59,258 nucleotides of DNA from NCBI GenBank assembly GCA_947167835.1, contig CAMVJO010000001.1, forward strand, positions 1 through 59,258, read 5' to 3'. Below, piece after piece: positions 1 to 9,714 of the stretch; position 1 is the first letter of the stretch, and every line of letters starts with the position of its first letter. Both the position numbers and the translations under genes were made by a program. This DNA is from an uncultured Prevotellaceae bacterium. Lineage in GTDB: Bacteria; Bacteroidota; Bacteroidia; Bacteroidales; Bacteroidaceae. Under the pieces are notes generated by a model. It saw only the letters and a program-made list of their open reading frames with translations. It searched no databases and was not told the DNA's origin.

Positions 1-448
1 AGCACTGCGGACACATAATTTAGCGATTCTCAACTTTTACCGGACACCAATAAAATTTTTTATCTCGGAGCTATTTTTCCTTATTTTCCGGGGCGTTTTT
101 TTTCTATCGCGATGCCGTGATTCCAAAATCCAGGACTTCAAAACTTTACATTCCCCGCATTTAGCGTTTTCTCACGCATAAAACTCTAAAATTGAATAAA
201 AACAACAATAAAATGGCAACTATACTTGCCAAAATAGGGGGGGGTAATTGTTAAAATGGCGCTTTTTTGTCATTTTGACAATTATAGGGCTTCTACCTGT
301 GAAAAAAAATTGTAATTTCGTACAAATTTTATGCAGAATACTTCTTTGAGGTATGATATACGACAGAAAAGTATAGGAAAGTCTGCATAAAATTTGGATA
401 AAAATGACAGAAAAAAGGAATTATCGACATAACATCACCTTGCTTTGC

Positions 449-2044
449 ATGAAAAAACTCATGCTGCTGCTCTTCCTATGCTTTATATGCGGGCAATCTG
501 TGCGTGCGCAGGTGTGGACTTATACGGAGCAGGAGGGTTTCTTCAAATACGTGAAGCCACGCACCAATCTCCTTTACTGGGGCACACTGACGCCCAACAT
601 CGGAGCGGATTTCTACGTGAGTCCGCGCGTTACCTTTGGCGGAAACTTCGGTTATCGCCCTTGGCCGCTGAGTGATGACGCAGATAAGAAATGGCGCCAC
701 CTGCTTGCAGCTGCCGAGTTGAGGCTATGGAACGACAGCACGTTCAAACACGAATCTACCTTCTGGGCAATCGATGCCATATACAGCCATTTCAACGTTT
801 CGGGCGTGAAATTCCCCTTTGGTATGTACCAAAGCGTGCGCGACAACCGTCTGCAAGGCGATATGGTGGCACTGGCCCTCTCTTTCGGCTATAATATCCG
901 ACTGAACTCCCTCCTGCGTATGGAATTCGAGGGAGGCATGGGCGTGGGCTTCGCATGGGCTGACAAATATGCCTGCGGACATTGCGGTACCTATCTGGGA
1001 AAAGACAATAAACCCTTCCTGATGCCGAAACTCGCCGTGAACATCGTGCTCGACCCGCGCAAAAAGCAACGTATAGAGCCGGTAATCATCATTCCCGAGC
1101 CTATCGACACCGTTGTGCCTGAGCCGGTGGAAGAACCCAAGCCGGTAGTGAAGGAACTCGTGCTGACATCTGTGGCCGAAAAGCTGGTAACAAGTCATCC
1201 CATCCTGAAAGACTTCAAAGACTACCGTCCCTACGACCGTACCCGCGTGATGCGTAAGGAAAAGGACATGCTCTATGTCCACTTCCCGCTGGATAAGATA
1301 GAATTGCGCCGCGACTTCATGGACAACGACACCATACTCGACGAAATAGTCAGCGTAACCCGTCAGATTATGGCCGACGACCGCAGCCGTGTCCGTCTGA
1401 TTCAGATCGTAGGTCTGGCTTCTGTCGAAGGTCCCGTCAAGCACAACGAATGGCTGGCAAAAGGCCGTGCCGAAGCCCTTCGCGACTACGTGTTGAAGGC
1501 CGTTCCCGAAACGACAACCGACATATTTGAAGTAAATGGCGGAGGCGAGGCCTGGTCTGAGTTCCGCGATCAGATCAATGACCTGCTTACCGACAGTACC
1601 CTCATGGCAAAACATAAGGAACTCACGCGTAAAGACCTTTTGGAACTGCTCCGCATCGCCAATGAGGAACCAAACCTCAACGTGCGCGAACGCAAACTCA
1701 AACAACTGCGTGGCGGACGTCCCTATCGCTACCTTCTCAGAACCATGCTGGCCGAACAGCGTAATTCCGGCTACGTACAGATATACTTTGAACGTGTGCC
1801 CGACGTGAAGGCCGAGACTATCAATCGCGGAGCCGCCCTTCTGAATCAACAGGACTACGAAGGCGCACGCCAGATACTCGAAACCGTGAAAGATGATCCC
1901 CGCTCCTGGAATGCCTACGGAGTATCCCTCTATATGACAGGGCAACATGAAGAAGCCATCGAATACTTCCGCCGTAGTGCCGAACAAGGCAACGACGAAG
2001 CCAAGGAAAACCTCAAGAGACTGGCAGAACATGGAGGTTCGTGA
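449..2044 (+). CDS. DUF3575-like outer-membrane beta-barrel + OmpA-like domain + C-terminal TPR protein, typical first gene of Bacteroidales fimbrial loci
   Basis: ORF 404..2044; likely start MKKLMLLLFL at 449 (signal peptide). N-terminal 'RTNLLYWGTLTPNIGADF...KLAVNI' resembles DUF3575; 'VHFPLDK...IVGLASVEG..HNEWLAKGRAEAL' is OmpA-like; 'AWNAYGV-like' TPR (SWNAYGVSLYMTGQHEEAIEYF) at the end. Confidence 0.75.
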   Translation: MKKLMLLLFLCFICGQSVRAQVWTYTEQEGFFKYVKPRTNLLYWGTLTPNIGADFYVSPRVTFGGNFGYRPWPLSDDADKKWRHLLAAAELRLWNDSTFKHESTFWAIDAIYSHFNVSGVKFPFGMYQSVRDNRLQGDMVALALSFGYNIRLNSLLRMEFEGGMGVGFAWADKYACGHCGTYLGKDNKPFLMPKLAVNIVLDPRKKQRIEPVIIIPEPIDTVVPEPVEEPKPVVKELVLTSVAEKLVTSHPILKDFKDYRPYDRTRVMRKEKDMLYVHFPLDKIELRRDFMDNDTILDEIVSVTRQIMADDRSRVRLIQIVGLASVEGPVKHNEWLAKGRAEALRDYVLKAVPETTTDIFEVNGGGEAWSEFRDQINDLLTDSTLMAKHKELTRKDLLELLRIANEEPNLNVRERKLKQLRGGRPYRYLLRTMLAEQRNSGYVQIYFERVPDVKAETINRGAALLNQQDYEGARQILETVKDDPRSWNAYGVSLYMTGQHEEAIEYFRRSAEQGNDEAKENLKRLAEHGGS

Positions 2045-2170
2045 CGTAAAAAGAAATAAACTTGCTTTGCTATTATGAACCGAAGCTGAAAAACTTCCTG
2101 TAGTACAGGCAAAACAAAAGAAATCAACATATAACAAACTTTATTCACAACTCACAAAAATTAAAAAATT

Positions 2171-4339
2171 ATGAGAAAATTAACAAACATGCTTTATGCT
2201 GTGGCTCTCGCCACACTGAGCACGGGTTTTGTAGCCTGCTCATCCGATGCCGATGAAATGGCCGAAACAAACCCCTACTACAATCCTGACACCCACGAGG
2301 TAGTTACTTCGTTCGTGTTCAACGTGGCTACTAACAACACGCCAACGTATCGTATGACCGAGGCCAACACACAGGCTACGACATCTACTGCATTCCGTGG
2401 TATCAGCAACGCAAAACTGTTCACCTTCGAGCGTCCTGCTGACGGTAAACATCTTTACAACGTGACTGACGCTTCTGTAGCATCTACTAAGTTCTTCGAT
2501 CTGGCCTCTGTTCTGAGCCCAGGTGAAATCAACCACACCGATAAGTCACACCGTGTGCTCGAAATAGGTCTGCCCGTAGCAACCAACACCCTGTTGTTCT
2601 ATGGTAAGGCTACACAAGGCACTCCTTCCTTCTCAGCACCTATGACTATCGAAGATGCAATCGGTAGTACCACCATGAATGTTGCTGACCAGCCCTACAA
2701 CACCACATTTGTGATGAACCAACGTTGCGCTGGCGACAATGCAACACGTTATAACGAAATGGTAGAAATGCTTACCAACGTTATCAACCGTATTGGTACT
2801 ACAACTTTGCTTTCTACAACCGATGTTTATTTCCCCACCGCTCCGACAACTGTAACTCACGCTACAGATATTACATGGGGTAGCTATCTCACCACACCAG
2901 GTAAGAGCCCGCTCAACTCACTCCTTGACCAGACTGCTCTTGAAGAGATTCTTGCATCAGTATTGAGAGAGTTGATCACTGTTCCCAGCGGTGAAATGCG
3001 TGACGGTTCAGGTAGCGGTGTAATACATCAGATTGGTGAACTCTGGACGCTGATCAACAAAGTAGCACATGCTACTCCGACAAACGAACAAGACGCTGTT
3101 GCCATTGCTTTTGCTAAGCAAGTTCAGAACCGTCTTGATAAATACTTCAACGCTACTGTTCCCGTTGATGGTTCTCCCGTTACAAACGTAGAATTCAAGG
3201 ACGTACAGGAAATTGGTGAGCAACTCGAAACCGTTGTTCCCGGCTATGCTGCTGCTAACTATGCAGACATCAAGACAATGAACCTCGTAGAATTCCCTGA
3301 AAACGTAGCGCTCCCCAAAGGTGCTACACAGTTGAACTACAACACCACATCAAAACTCTTTGAGTATAATGCAAGCCTCTCTGCTACAGGCATGGGTGGT
3401 GGTTCTATCACAAAAGCAAACTATGTATATCCTTCAGAATTGCTTTACTTCGGCAACAGTCCTATCCGTACGTCAGATGTTTCAAAGGTTCCTGCTGACT
3501 ATCCTGATGGTGTGTCAAACTGGGATACTCCTTCACAGTGGAGCGCAGACTGGGTAGCAAACTCTCACGTTTACTCAAGCACACGTAGCGTTGCCATGCA
3601 GTATGACATTAACTATGGTAATGCGCTTCTGAAGACAACCGTACGTTTCGGTGCTGCCAACCTCGAAGATAACAATGCTGCCATCCAATTGGCACGTCAC
3701 TCAAAGGTTGAGGCTAATAGAGTGATTCCCGCAACAGCAGGTAAGTTCCTTCTCAAGAGTATCTTGGTAGGTGGTCAGCCTAACAAGGTAGGTTGGGATT
3801 TCATTCCTACAAGCGATGCTACATTTACCCAATATGTATTCGATCGTCAGTTGAACACAGGTGCAGAAACGATTCCTACATACGTTTCAGGTACCGAATA
3901 CAGCACACCTAACTATACTCTGCTGTTTGATAACTACGATGCAGCACATGATGTGGACGAACAGAGCATTGTTTACGTTGCTTTGGAATTCCAGAACAAG
4001 ACTGGTAATACCTTCTGGGCTAAGGACAACTTGGTCCCCGTTGACGGTTATTTCTACATCATCGGTAAACTCGATCCCGCAGGTAAGAGCTATCCTTCAC
4101 GCACTCAGACAAACTATGTAATGCCTCCTTACAAGGCTGATGGTTCTGGTTCTGTAGAAGCCATTCGCGTATTCATGCAGGACTTCACAACTACCGCCAA
4201 CTTCGTACTTGGTCCAACTTCTCTCCAGAAGGCTTACCTCACAGTGCCCGACCTTCGTTCAAGCCAGGTATCTCTCGGTCTGAGCGTAGATCTTAACTGG
4301 GAAACCGGTCTGACTTTCGACAGCACTCTGGGTAACTAA
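2171..4339 (+). CDS. Large lipoprotein, putative major type V pilin (Mfa1/FimA-like stalk subunit)
   Basis: 722 aa; lipobox FVAC; Arg in 'TPTYR|MT' about 60 aa in (candidate protease maturation site); C-terminal 'LSVDLNWETG' donor-strand-like motif; codon use (GGT, GCT, AAC, CGT) suggests high expression; followed by strong hairpins. Confidence 0.65.
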   Translation: MRKLTNMLYAVALATLSTGFVACSSDADEMAETNPYYNPDTHEVVTSFVFNVATNNTPTYRMTEANTQATTSTAFRGISNAKLFTFERPADGKHLYNVTDASVASTKFFDLASVLSPGEINHTDKSHRVLEIGLPVATNTLLFYGKATQGTPSFSAPMTIEDAIGSTTMNVADQPYNTTFVMNQRCAGDNATRYNEMVEMLTNVINRIGTTTLLSTTDVYFPTAPTTVTHATDITWGSYLTTPGKSPLNSLLDQTALEEILASVLRELITVPSGEMRDGSGSGVIHQIGELWTLINKVAHATPTNEQDAVAIAFAKQVQNRLDKYFNATVPVDGSPVTNVEFKDVQEIGEQLETVVPGYAAANYADIKTMNLVEFPENVALPKGATQLNYNTTSKLFEYNASLSATGMGGGSITKANYVYPSELLYFGNSPIRTSDVSKVPADYPDGVSNWDTPSQWSADWVANSHVYSSTRSVAMQYDINYGNALLKTTVRFGAANLEDNNAAIQLARHSKVEANRVIPATAGKFLLKSILVGGQPNKVGWDFIPTSDATFTQYVFDRQLNTGAETIPTYVSGTEYSTPNYTLLFDNYDAAHDVDEQSIVYVALEFQNKTGNTFWAKDNLVPVDGYFYIIGKLDPAGKSYPSRTQTNYVMPPYKADGSGSVEAIRVFMQDFTTTANFVLGPTSLQKAYLTVPDLRSSQVSLGLSVDLNWETGLTFDSTLGN

Positions 4340-4348
4340 TTGACATTG

Positions 4349-4463
4349 TTCTCTTTTATTCGGATGTGATGGGGAAGTAACTTTCCCTATCGCTCCGATA
4401 AAAAAAGAATACCCTTTATCCCTGAACATTTTCATCGGCATAACCGACGGGAATGTTCAGGGA
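4349..4463 (+). terminator. Two tandem long stem-loops after the putative major pilin (terminator or mRNA-stabilising structures)
   Basis: TTCTCTTTTATTCGGA...TCCGATAAAAAAAGAA (4349-4409) and TCCCTGAACATT...AATGTTCAGGGA (4419-4463). Confidence 0.6.
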
Positions 4464-4585
4464 ATTAAAACAAAAAACCGACTGAGTCTTTCATAAAAGG
4501 CGGTGTCTTCCGCAAACGTACACGTATAATAAAAATAAATAAGGAGTGTGCGGCAATATGATTCGTAATCCGAAAAAACTGAAGC

Positions 4586-5659
4586 ATGACAATTTGCTTT
4601 AATTCATATCTGAAATCTGCTGCACGGCATCTTTCAATCTTGATGCTCGTGCTCATCACCACAATCGCCCAAACCGGTTGTTCTACCATTGACGACGATT
4701 TGAGCGAGTGTGGAACAGATTATAGAATGGACTACGAAATGCGTCTTGTCACTAACATGACGACAGAATTGCAGACACAACTGAATACGGTGGCCGAGGC
4801 AAATGTGGCTAAAGCCCTGAAACAACACCTTAGCACCATATTTACCGACGTGGCGAACGACATTTCGCTCTCGTTCTTCGACACAGTGGGTGATTCCGCC
4901 ATACTTCACCACGAAGCCCACGTCATTAATAAAAGCCAGCACAGTTATACCCTCTATTTGCCCAAACATAAATATGCGCATGTGGCATTGGCCAATATTC
5001 AGGACAACGGACTGGTGAAAGAAGTAGGCGGTGAGAAATGCCATGACTTCCATCTGGAACAGCCCAAGGCAGATACCATCGATTCGCATGCTACAGGTCT
5101 TTTCACAGCCCGACAAGATATGGATGTGCTGGAGGGGGTGGATCAAACCTTCGACGTAAGGCTCTATATGGCCAACTGTGCTAATGTTTTCATCGTAGAT
5201 CCGCGTGGACACAGCACAGACGGAATGAAAATCTACGTCACAGGATTTGCTTCATCGTTTAATCCCGCTGACAGTGCCTATAACTATGTCGGTAAAACCC
5301 CCATCGTGCGTCCTACCCTCATCAAAACAGAAGGTAGTTCCCTGCTATCATACTGTGCTGTCACCTTCCCTTCGCGCGAAAAGGGCGTAGATACAAAAAC
5401 CATCATCGAAACCGAAGATCCCTTCAAGTCGTCTGTCGATACCAAGTCCGTATGGCGTTACATAGCCTACGTAAAACAACCTGATGGCAGCGTTACCGCT
5501 ACGAAACTCAGCATGATGCAACCCATTAGGGCGGGACAATTGAAAATAGTCAAGGCCTATATTGACGATGATGGCTCTTTGAAAACATCGGATGCGAGTG
5601 TGGCTGTAAGTGTGCAGTTGAATTGGAACGATAATATGACTGAAGACGTGGATTTGTAG
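4586..5659 (+). CDS. FimB/Mfa2-like fimbrial anchor lipoprotein
   Basis: 357 aa; lipobox QTGC followed by 'STIDDDLSECG', a typical Mfa2-family N-terminus (C-x-I-x-D-D-L-x-x-C); C-terminal 'VSVQLNW'. Confidence 0.7.
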   Translation: MTICFNSYLKSAARHLSILMLVLITTIAQTGCSTIDDDLSECGTDYRMDYEMRLVTNMTTELQTQLNTVAEANVAKALKQHLSTIFTDVANDISLSFFDTVGDSAILHHEAHVINKSQHSYTLYLPKHKYAHVALANIQDNGLVKEVGGEKCHDFHLEQPKADTIDSHATGLFTARQDMDVLEGVDQTFDVRLYMANCANVFIVDPRGHSTDGMKIYVTGFASSFNPADSAYNYVGKTPIVRPTLIKTEGSSLLSYCAVTFPSREKGVDTKTIIETEDPFKSSVDTKSVWRYIAYVKQPDGSVTATKLSMMQPIRAGQLKIVKAYIDDDGSLKTSDASVAVSVQLNWNDNMTEDVDL

Positions 5660-5781
5660 GATTCCTCTGATTATTCTGGGATATAAGGATTTTCTATGTC
5701 CATAGATTTTTCCAAATGTTCCGGTTATTCGAGAGTAAACCTATGGAAATCCCAAATAAGCAGGAAGTAGAAGATATTTCT

Positions 5782-6675
5782 ATGAAGAGAATCATTCTGA
5801 CATTGACACTGTTGCTGGCAATTCCGGCAATACTCTTTGCTCAGGGCTACCAACCCAAACCTGTGCCCGAAAAGATAAAGGGCGGTGAGGAGCGGTTGCA
5901 ATATATGGCCAGGCACTATTGGGATGCCTACGATTTCCGCGATACTACCTTGCTGAGAACCGATTATGCTGAGCAGGCAATAGTAGATTATACGGCATTG
6001 CTGCAAAGCACCTCATCGGAAGAACAACGGAAAGCCTGGCAAAACCTCTTCAACAAGGCAGCGAAACGGGAGCAGACAGAGCGCTATTTCTATGCTACGG
6101 CAGTAAGGTATTTGGACAACCGAGAATCTCCGCTTTACAGTCCTGAAATGCTGGAACTCATGCTGCAAGCAGCCCAAAGTTCCGAACAAGCGGACATTAG
6201 CAGCAAGGCTTCCTTTCGGTTAAGACTGCTATCCGGCAATAGAGTAGGGCAAAGCATAGCCGACTTCCGCATAAAAACATTGCGCGGCGAGATGACAACC
6301 CTTTATGGCGTGTTGGAAAACAAGGCAGCCCTACTATTGTTCTACGACCCCGACTGCGAAGATTGTAAGTATGCCATATACCGAATTCGCCACTCACAAA
6401 CCGTTCGTGAGGCCGTGGCACAGAAGCAAATGCAGGTTGTAGCCGTATGTATCGGAGCGGATGAAAAACTTTGGCGCGTGGCTTGTGATGAAATGCCCCC
6501 TTCGTGGACACACGCCTTAGACAAAACCGATATCAGAGCCCAGGCCCTGTATGATTTATCAGAACTACCCCGTCTCTATATGGTGGATTCGCAACACCGT
6601 GTGGCGGCAAAAGATATAGATATCAACCATATTAACGAATATCTCGGCTTCGCGCGCGCGCGTAATAATAATTAA
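5782..6675 (+). CDS. DUF5106 + thioredoxin-like (redoxin) protein
   Basis: ORF 5716..6675; likely start MKRIIL at 5782. 'YMARHYWDAYDF' is DUF5106-like; 'LLFYDPDCEDC' is a CxxC redoxin motif; 'YDLSELPRLYMVD'. Confidence 0.8.
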   Translation: MKRIILTLTLLLAIPAILFAQGYQPKPVPEKIKGGEERLQYMARHYWDAYDFRDTTLLRTDYAEQAIVDYTALLQSTSSEEQRKAWQNLFNKAAKREQTERYFYATAVRYLDNRESPLYSPEMLELMLQAAQSSEQADISSKASFRLRLLSGNRVGQSIADFRIKTLRGEMTTLYGVLENKAALLLFYDPDCEDCKYAIYRIRHSQTVREAVAQKQMQVVAVCIGADEKLWRVACDEMPPSWTHALDKTDIRAQALYDLSELPRLYMVDSQHRVAAKDIDINHINEYLGFARARNNN

Positions 6676-6709
6676 GGAGTGTAGCACCGAGGGGAGTATT
6701 CTTAGGAAC

Positions 6710-8434
6710 ATGCAAAAAGCAATAGAAACATTGAATATCATTATTTTGGCCTTGTTTGCCATCGTTGCCACAGCGTGCAGCGAAGACGAACGGGATGCAA
6801 TGGGAAATGACACCGTTGCAGCCAATTTTTCATTCTCTGTTTCGAGCGAATCGTCGCGCAATATCCGCATGATTCCCAATATGGCACAACAAAACGGAGC
6901 CGCTTTCCGAGGTATTCAGGATGTATATATCGTTCCGTTCAAGGTAACGCGAAAAGTGCAGGAGACAGATGTGGCCAGTCGCGTGTTTCTGAACAGTAAT
7001 GTGACAGAATACGACCGTACCCTCGCACATAGTATGTTCTATTACTTCGATAATTGCACATTCCTCCCGGGTGTAGGCGCATTGCTCTTCTACGGTCGCG
7101 CCATTCCCACAGGAAACAAGGCATACAACGGATCTATAGTGGCAGATATTCCGCTTGACATGAATCCGTCCGACATATCTTTTGAGGCAGACCCCATCTA
7201 TCCGTCGGTAGTTCCCCATACCCAGGCAACAAGTATTTGCGAATATCTGACATATATCGCAAATACAACGGGTTGGAGCACGACAACAAATTCGATGTTG
7301 AAGGTATTGTATCAAAACTTCGTCAATATCGGAAAGACTGACGTGGCACCGATAGCAGGTTCGGCACCCAATGTAAAAGCCTACGTGAATGCCCTTTACA
7401 GTACGGTGAAAAGCCTGTCTTTCGCCGCCGACTCCCCGGAAAAAGCGATACAAACAAGGATTTTGAGCAACATAGAAGGCTATAGCGGCGTGACCGTTTC
7501 AGACGGCAAGGTGACAAGTCTGGGTTCGAGCGATGAGTTTCCCGCTTCCATAGACCTTCCCGACGGTGCTGCCGTGATACGTTGGAGCGGTACGGCATTT
7601 ATTCCTCAGACTCAGACAACAACGTTGGCCAGTGTCAGTGCCATAAACAGATATGCCTATCCTATCGAACTGTACTATATAGGAAACAGTGAGATATATA
7701 CGTCTAACACGGACAATCGTCAGACATCATATGACAATGCTACCTGGGATCAGGTGCTTGCTACGTATGAAAACAAAGATCATGCGACGGTATCGACAAA
7801 TACCAAGGCAGTAGCGATGAAAGACCCCGTTCGTTATGCCGTAGGCTGTCTGGAAATAACGCTTAGAAGCGTAAATTCCACACTTTATGACGCTAATAAT
7901 CAGGCTGTAAGCGTGACATCCACCGCTTTCCCTTTGAATGGCGTTATTGTGAGCGGACAACATCCACAGAAGTTCGATTTCACACCGAAAAACGATATAG
8001 ACGAACTCTTTGTCTATGACCGAAATATGAGGACGTCAGGGGGTTCGATGCTTTACCTGAGCAACAGTGTGGCTTTGTCCGATCCTGTTTACACTTTGTC
8101 CTTACAGACGAATGATGCAGAAGACGTAAAAATCATTTTGGAGTTTGTCAATAACAGTGGCGTGGACTTCAAAGGAGTTAATGGCATGGTATATCGCGGT
8201 ACCAAGTTCTATTTGGTAGCAAATATCAGCGTTGGTGATGTAGATGAAAGCACTCCCGATATCAGTCGCCGAGTGTTTACTCAGCAACACACCACAAAAG
8301 TGAAAATGAGGGTAGAAGGTTTGTCGAAAGCCTATAATGTAGTGCCTGATATCCTGTCTCCGCGATTGGAAGTGGGCGTACAAACCACACCGGAGTGGAC
8401 AGAATCAACGCCGACCACCGTAGAATTTAACTAA
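6710..8434 (+). CDS. Type V pilin-like lipoprotein, paralogue of 2171..4339
   Basis: 574 aa; lipobox ATAC. Shares AFRGI, LLFYG(K/R)A, LPxGA, YxYPxELxYxGNSxIxTS, LEFxNxxG, RVFxQxxTT and LxKAYxxVPD motifs with the 722-aa protein. Confidence 0.65.
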   Translation: MQKAIETLNIIILALFAIVATACSEDERDAMGNDTVAANFSFSVSSESSRNIRMIPNMAQQNGAAFRGIQDVYIVPFKVTRKVQETDVASRVFLNSNVTEYDRTLAHSMFYYFDNCTFLPGVGALLFYGRAIPTGNKAYNGSIVADIPLDMNPSDISFEADPIYPSVVPHTQATSICEYLTYIANTTGWSTTTNSMLKVLYQNFVNIGKTDVAPIAGSAPNVKAYVNALYSTVKSLSFAADSPEKAIQTRILSNIEGYSGVTVSDGKVTSLGSSDEFPASIDLPDGAAVIRWSGTAFIPQTQTTTLASVSAINRYAYPIELYYIGNSEIYTSNTDNRQTSYDNATWDQVLATYENKDHATVSTNTKAVAMKDPVRYAVGCLEITLRSVNSTLYDANNQAVSVTSTAFPLNGVIVSGQHPQKFDFTPKNDIDELFVYDRNMRTSGGSMLYLSNSVALSDPVYTLSLQTNDAEDVKIILEFVNNSGVDFKGVNGMVYRGTKFYLVANISVGDVDESTPDISRRVFTQQHTTKVKMRVEGLSKAYNVVPDILSPRLEVGVQTTPEWTESTPTTVEFN

Positions 8435-8473
8435 CCCGAAGAAAGCGAAAAACGGAGAGGAAGAATATATAAT

Positions 8474-9658
8474 ATGATACGTCAAACATGGACATACTTA
8501 CGACTACTGCTAATTTGCATCGCGTGCATATTGGTGTTGTCGGCATGTTCCAAAGATGAGGCCGAGGATGTCAGAGAAACTCCCAAGCCCATGTTGCGTA
8601 TCTACGTATATGACCCTGAAAATCCCATCAATATCCGAGGAAATGTGGGCGATGTGACACAATTAAATCAGCAGGAATCGAAGATAACCAACCTTCAAAT
8701 ATGGGTTTTCGAGAGTGCTACGGGAGATATAGTGGGTTATCTGAATCCTTCTCAGTTGGAAATACCCACACCCCTGGGACGTGTCTATATGATGGCCGTT
8801 TCAGATGAGTTTGCTGCCAACAAGCCCGATGTAGATGTGTATGTAGCAGCCAATATTAAGGAAGCAAACTGCGGTATCTCCTTTGATGAGAATACTACTC
8901 GGGAAGAATTACAGGAAGCTCTACTGGAAAATGGTATTAGCAAAGGGAAATCAGACTATTTCGGCTTGAACAGTCTTACTATGTCCGTTCCCGATGAAGG
9001 ATTACCCATGACAGGTCTGATTAAGAACCAGCCGATATATGGTGAAAGTCCTGTATTGCGTGTGGGTGACGGAGAAAGTATTTCTACTGTGAAACTTGTA
9101 CGCGCTGTGTCAAGGCTACGCTTTGTTTTCAGTAGGAGTAACGAAAATGATACCCCTGTGCGTATTAACAACATCGTACTAAGCAGCGGAAGAATCCCCA
9201 CTCAGGAATATTTGTTCCTTGAAGATGCTTATGATAACACCAAAAGGAACTGCCATATAGTGCCCTATTATGAAATAGGTGTGACATCGTTGCTTTCAAG
9301 TCCGTTTGCCGATATAGCAGGTAACAGCGATCCGCGAGATTATGCCTATACAGATCAGACGGCTCAGAAATACGAAAATCTGATAGCCTCGGGAATTACA
9401 AATAATGAACTCACAGCGCACGGACCTATCTACTTTCGCGAATCAGACCGCATACTTACCGGTGCTGTGACGTATAAGGTAGGCGATGAAGCCGAGAAAT
9501 TCGTGAATTTCGTCATGCAAGAAGCTGGAGACTTCGCAAGGAATCATACTTGGATCGTATATGGCTATTTTAGCAGCGGCGACAAGTTGGAAATTGTCAA
9601 TGTCTTTGTGAAATCCTGGAACGAAGAAATTGTCAGCCACGAGTTTTATAATTGGTAG
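8474..9658 (+). CDS. Minor type V pilin-like lipoprotein
   Basis: 394 aa; lipobox LSAC; 'ESKITNLQIWVF', 'VYVAAN', 'GLPMTG', 'VKLVRAVSRLRFVF', 'RNHTW' and 'VKSWN' follow the FimA/Mfa-family pattern. Confidence 0.7.
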   Translation: MIRQTWTYLRLLLICIACILVLSACSKDEAEDVRETPKPMLRIYVYDPENPINIRGNVGDVTQLNQQESKITNLQIWVFESATGDIVGYLNPSQLEIPTPLGRVYMMAVSDEFAANKPDVDVYVAANIKEANCGISFDENTTREELQEALLENGISKGKSDYFGLNSLTMSVPDEGLPMTGLIKNQPIYGESPVLRVGDGESISTVKLVRAVSRLRFVFSRSNENDTPVRINNIVLSSGRIPTQEYLFLEDAYDNTKRNCHIVPYYEIGVTSLLSSPFADIAGNSDPRDYAYTDQTAQKYENLIASGITNNELTAHGPIYFRESDRILTGAVTYKVGDEAEKFVNFVMQEAGDFARNHTWIVYGYFSSGDKLEIVNVFVKSWNEEIVSHEFYNW

Positions 9659-9714
9659 CAAGAAAAAACAGGAGATAGCATCGAGAAAAAAGATTTGAAA
9701 CAGGATAAAACGTA

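Noticed and set aside
725-2137. Long antisense ORFs (470 aa here; also 33371..34468, 39729..40745, 13757..14560 and others)
   Set aside because: They lie wholly opposite well-supported genes and show no recognisable motifs; typical shadow frames.
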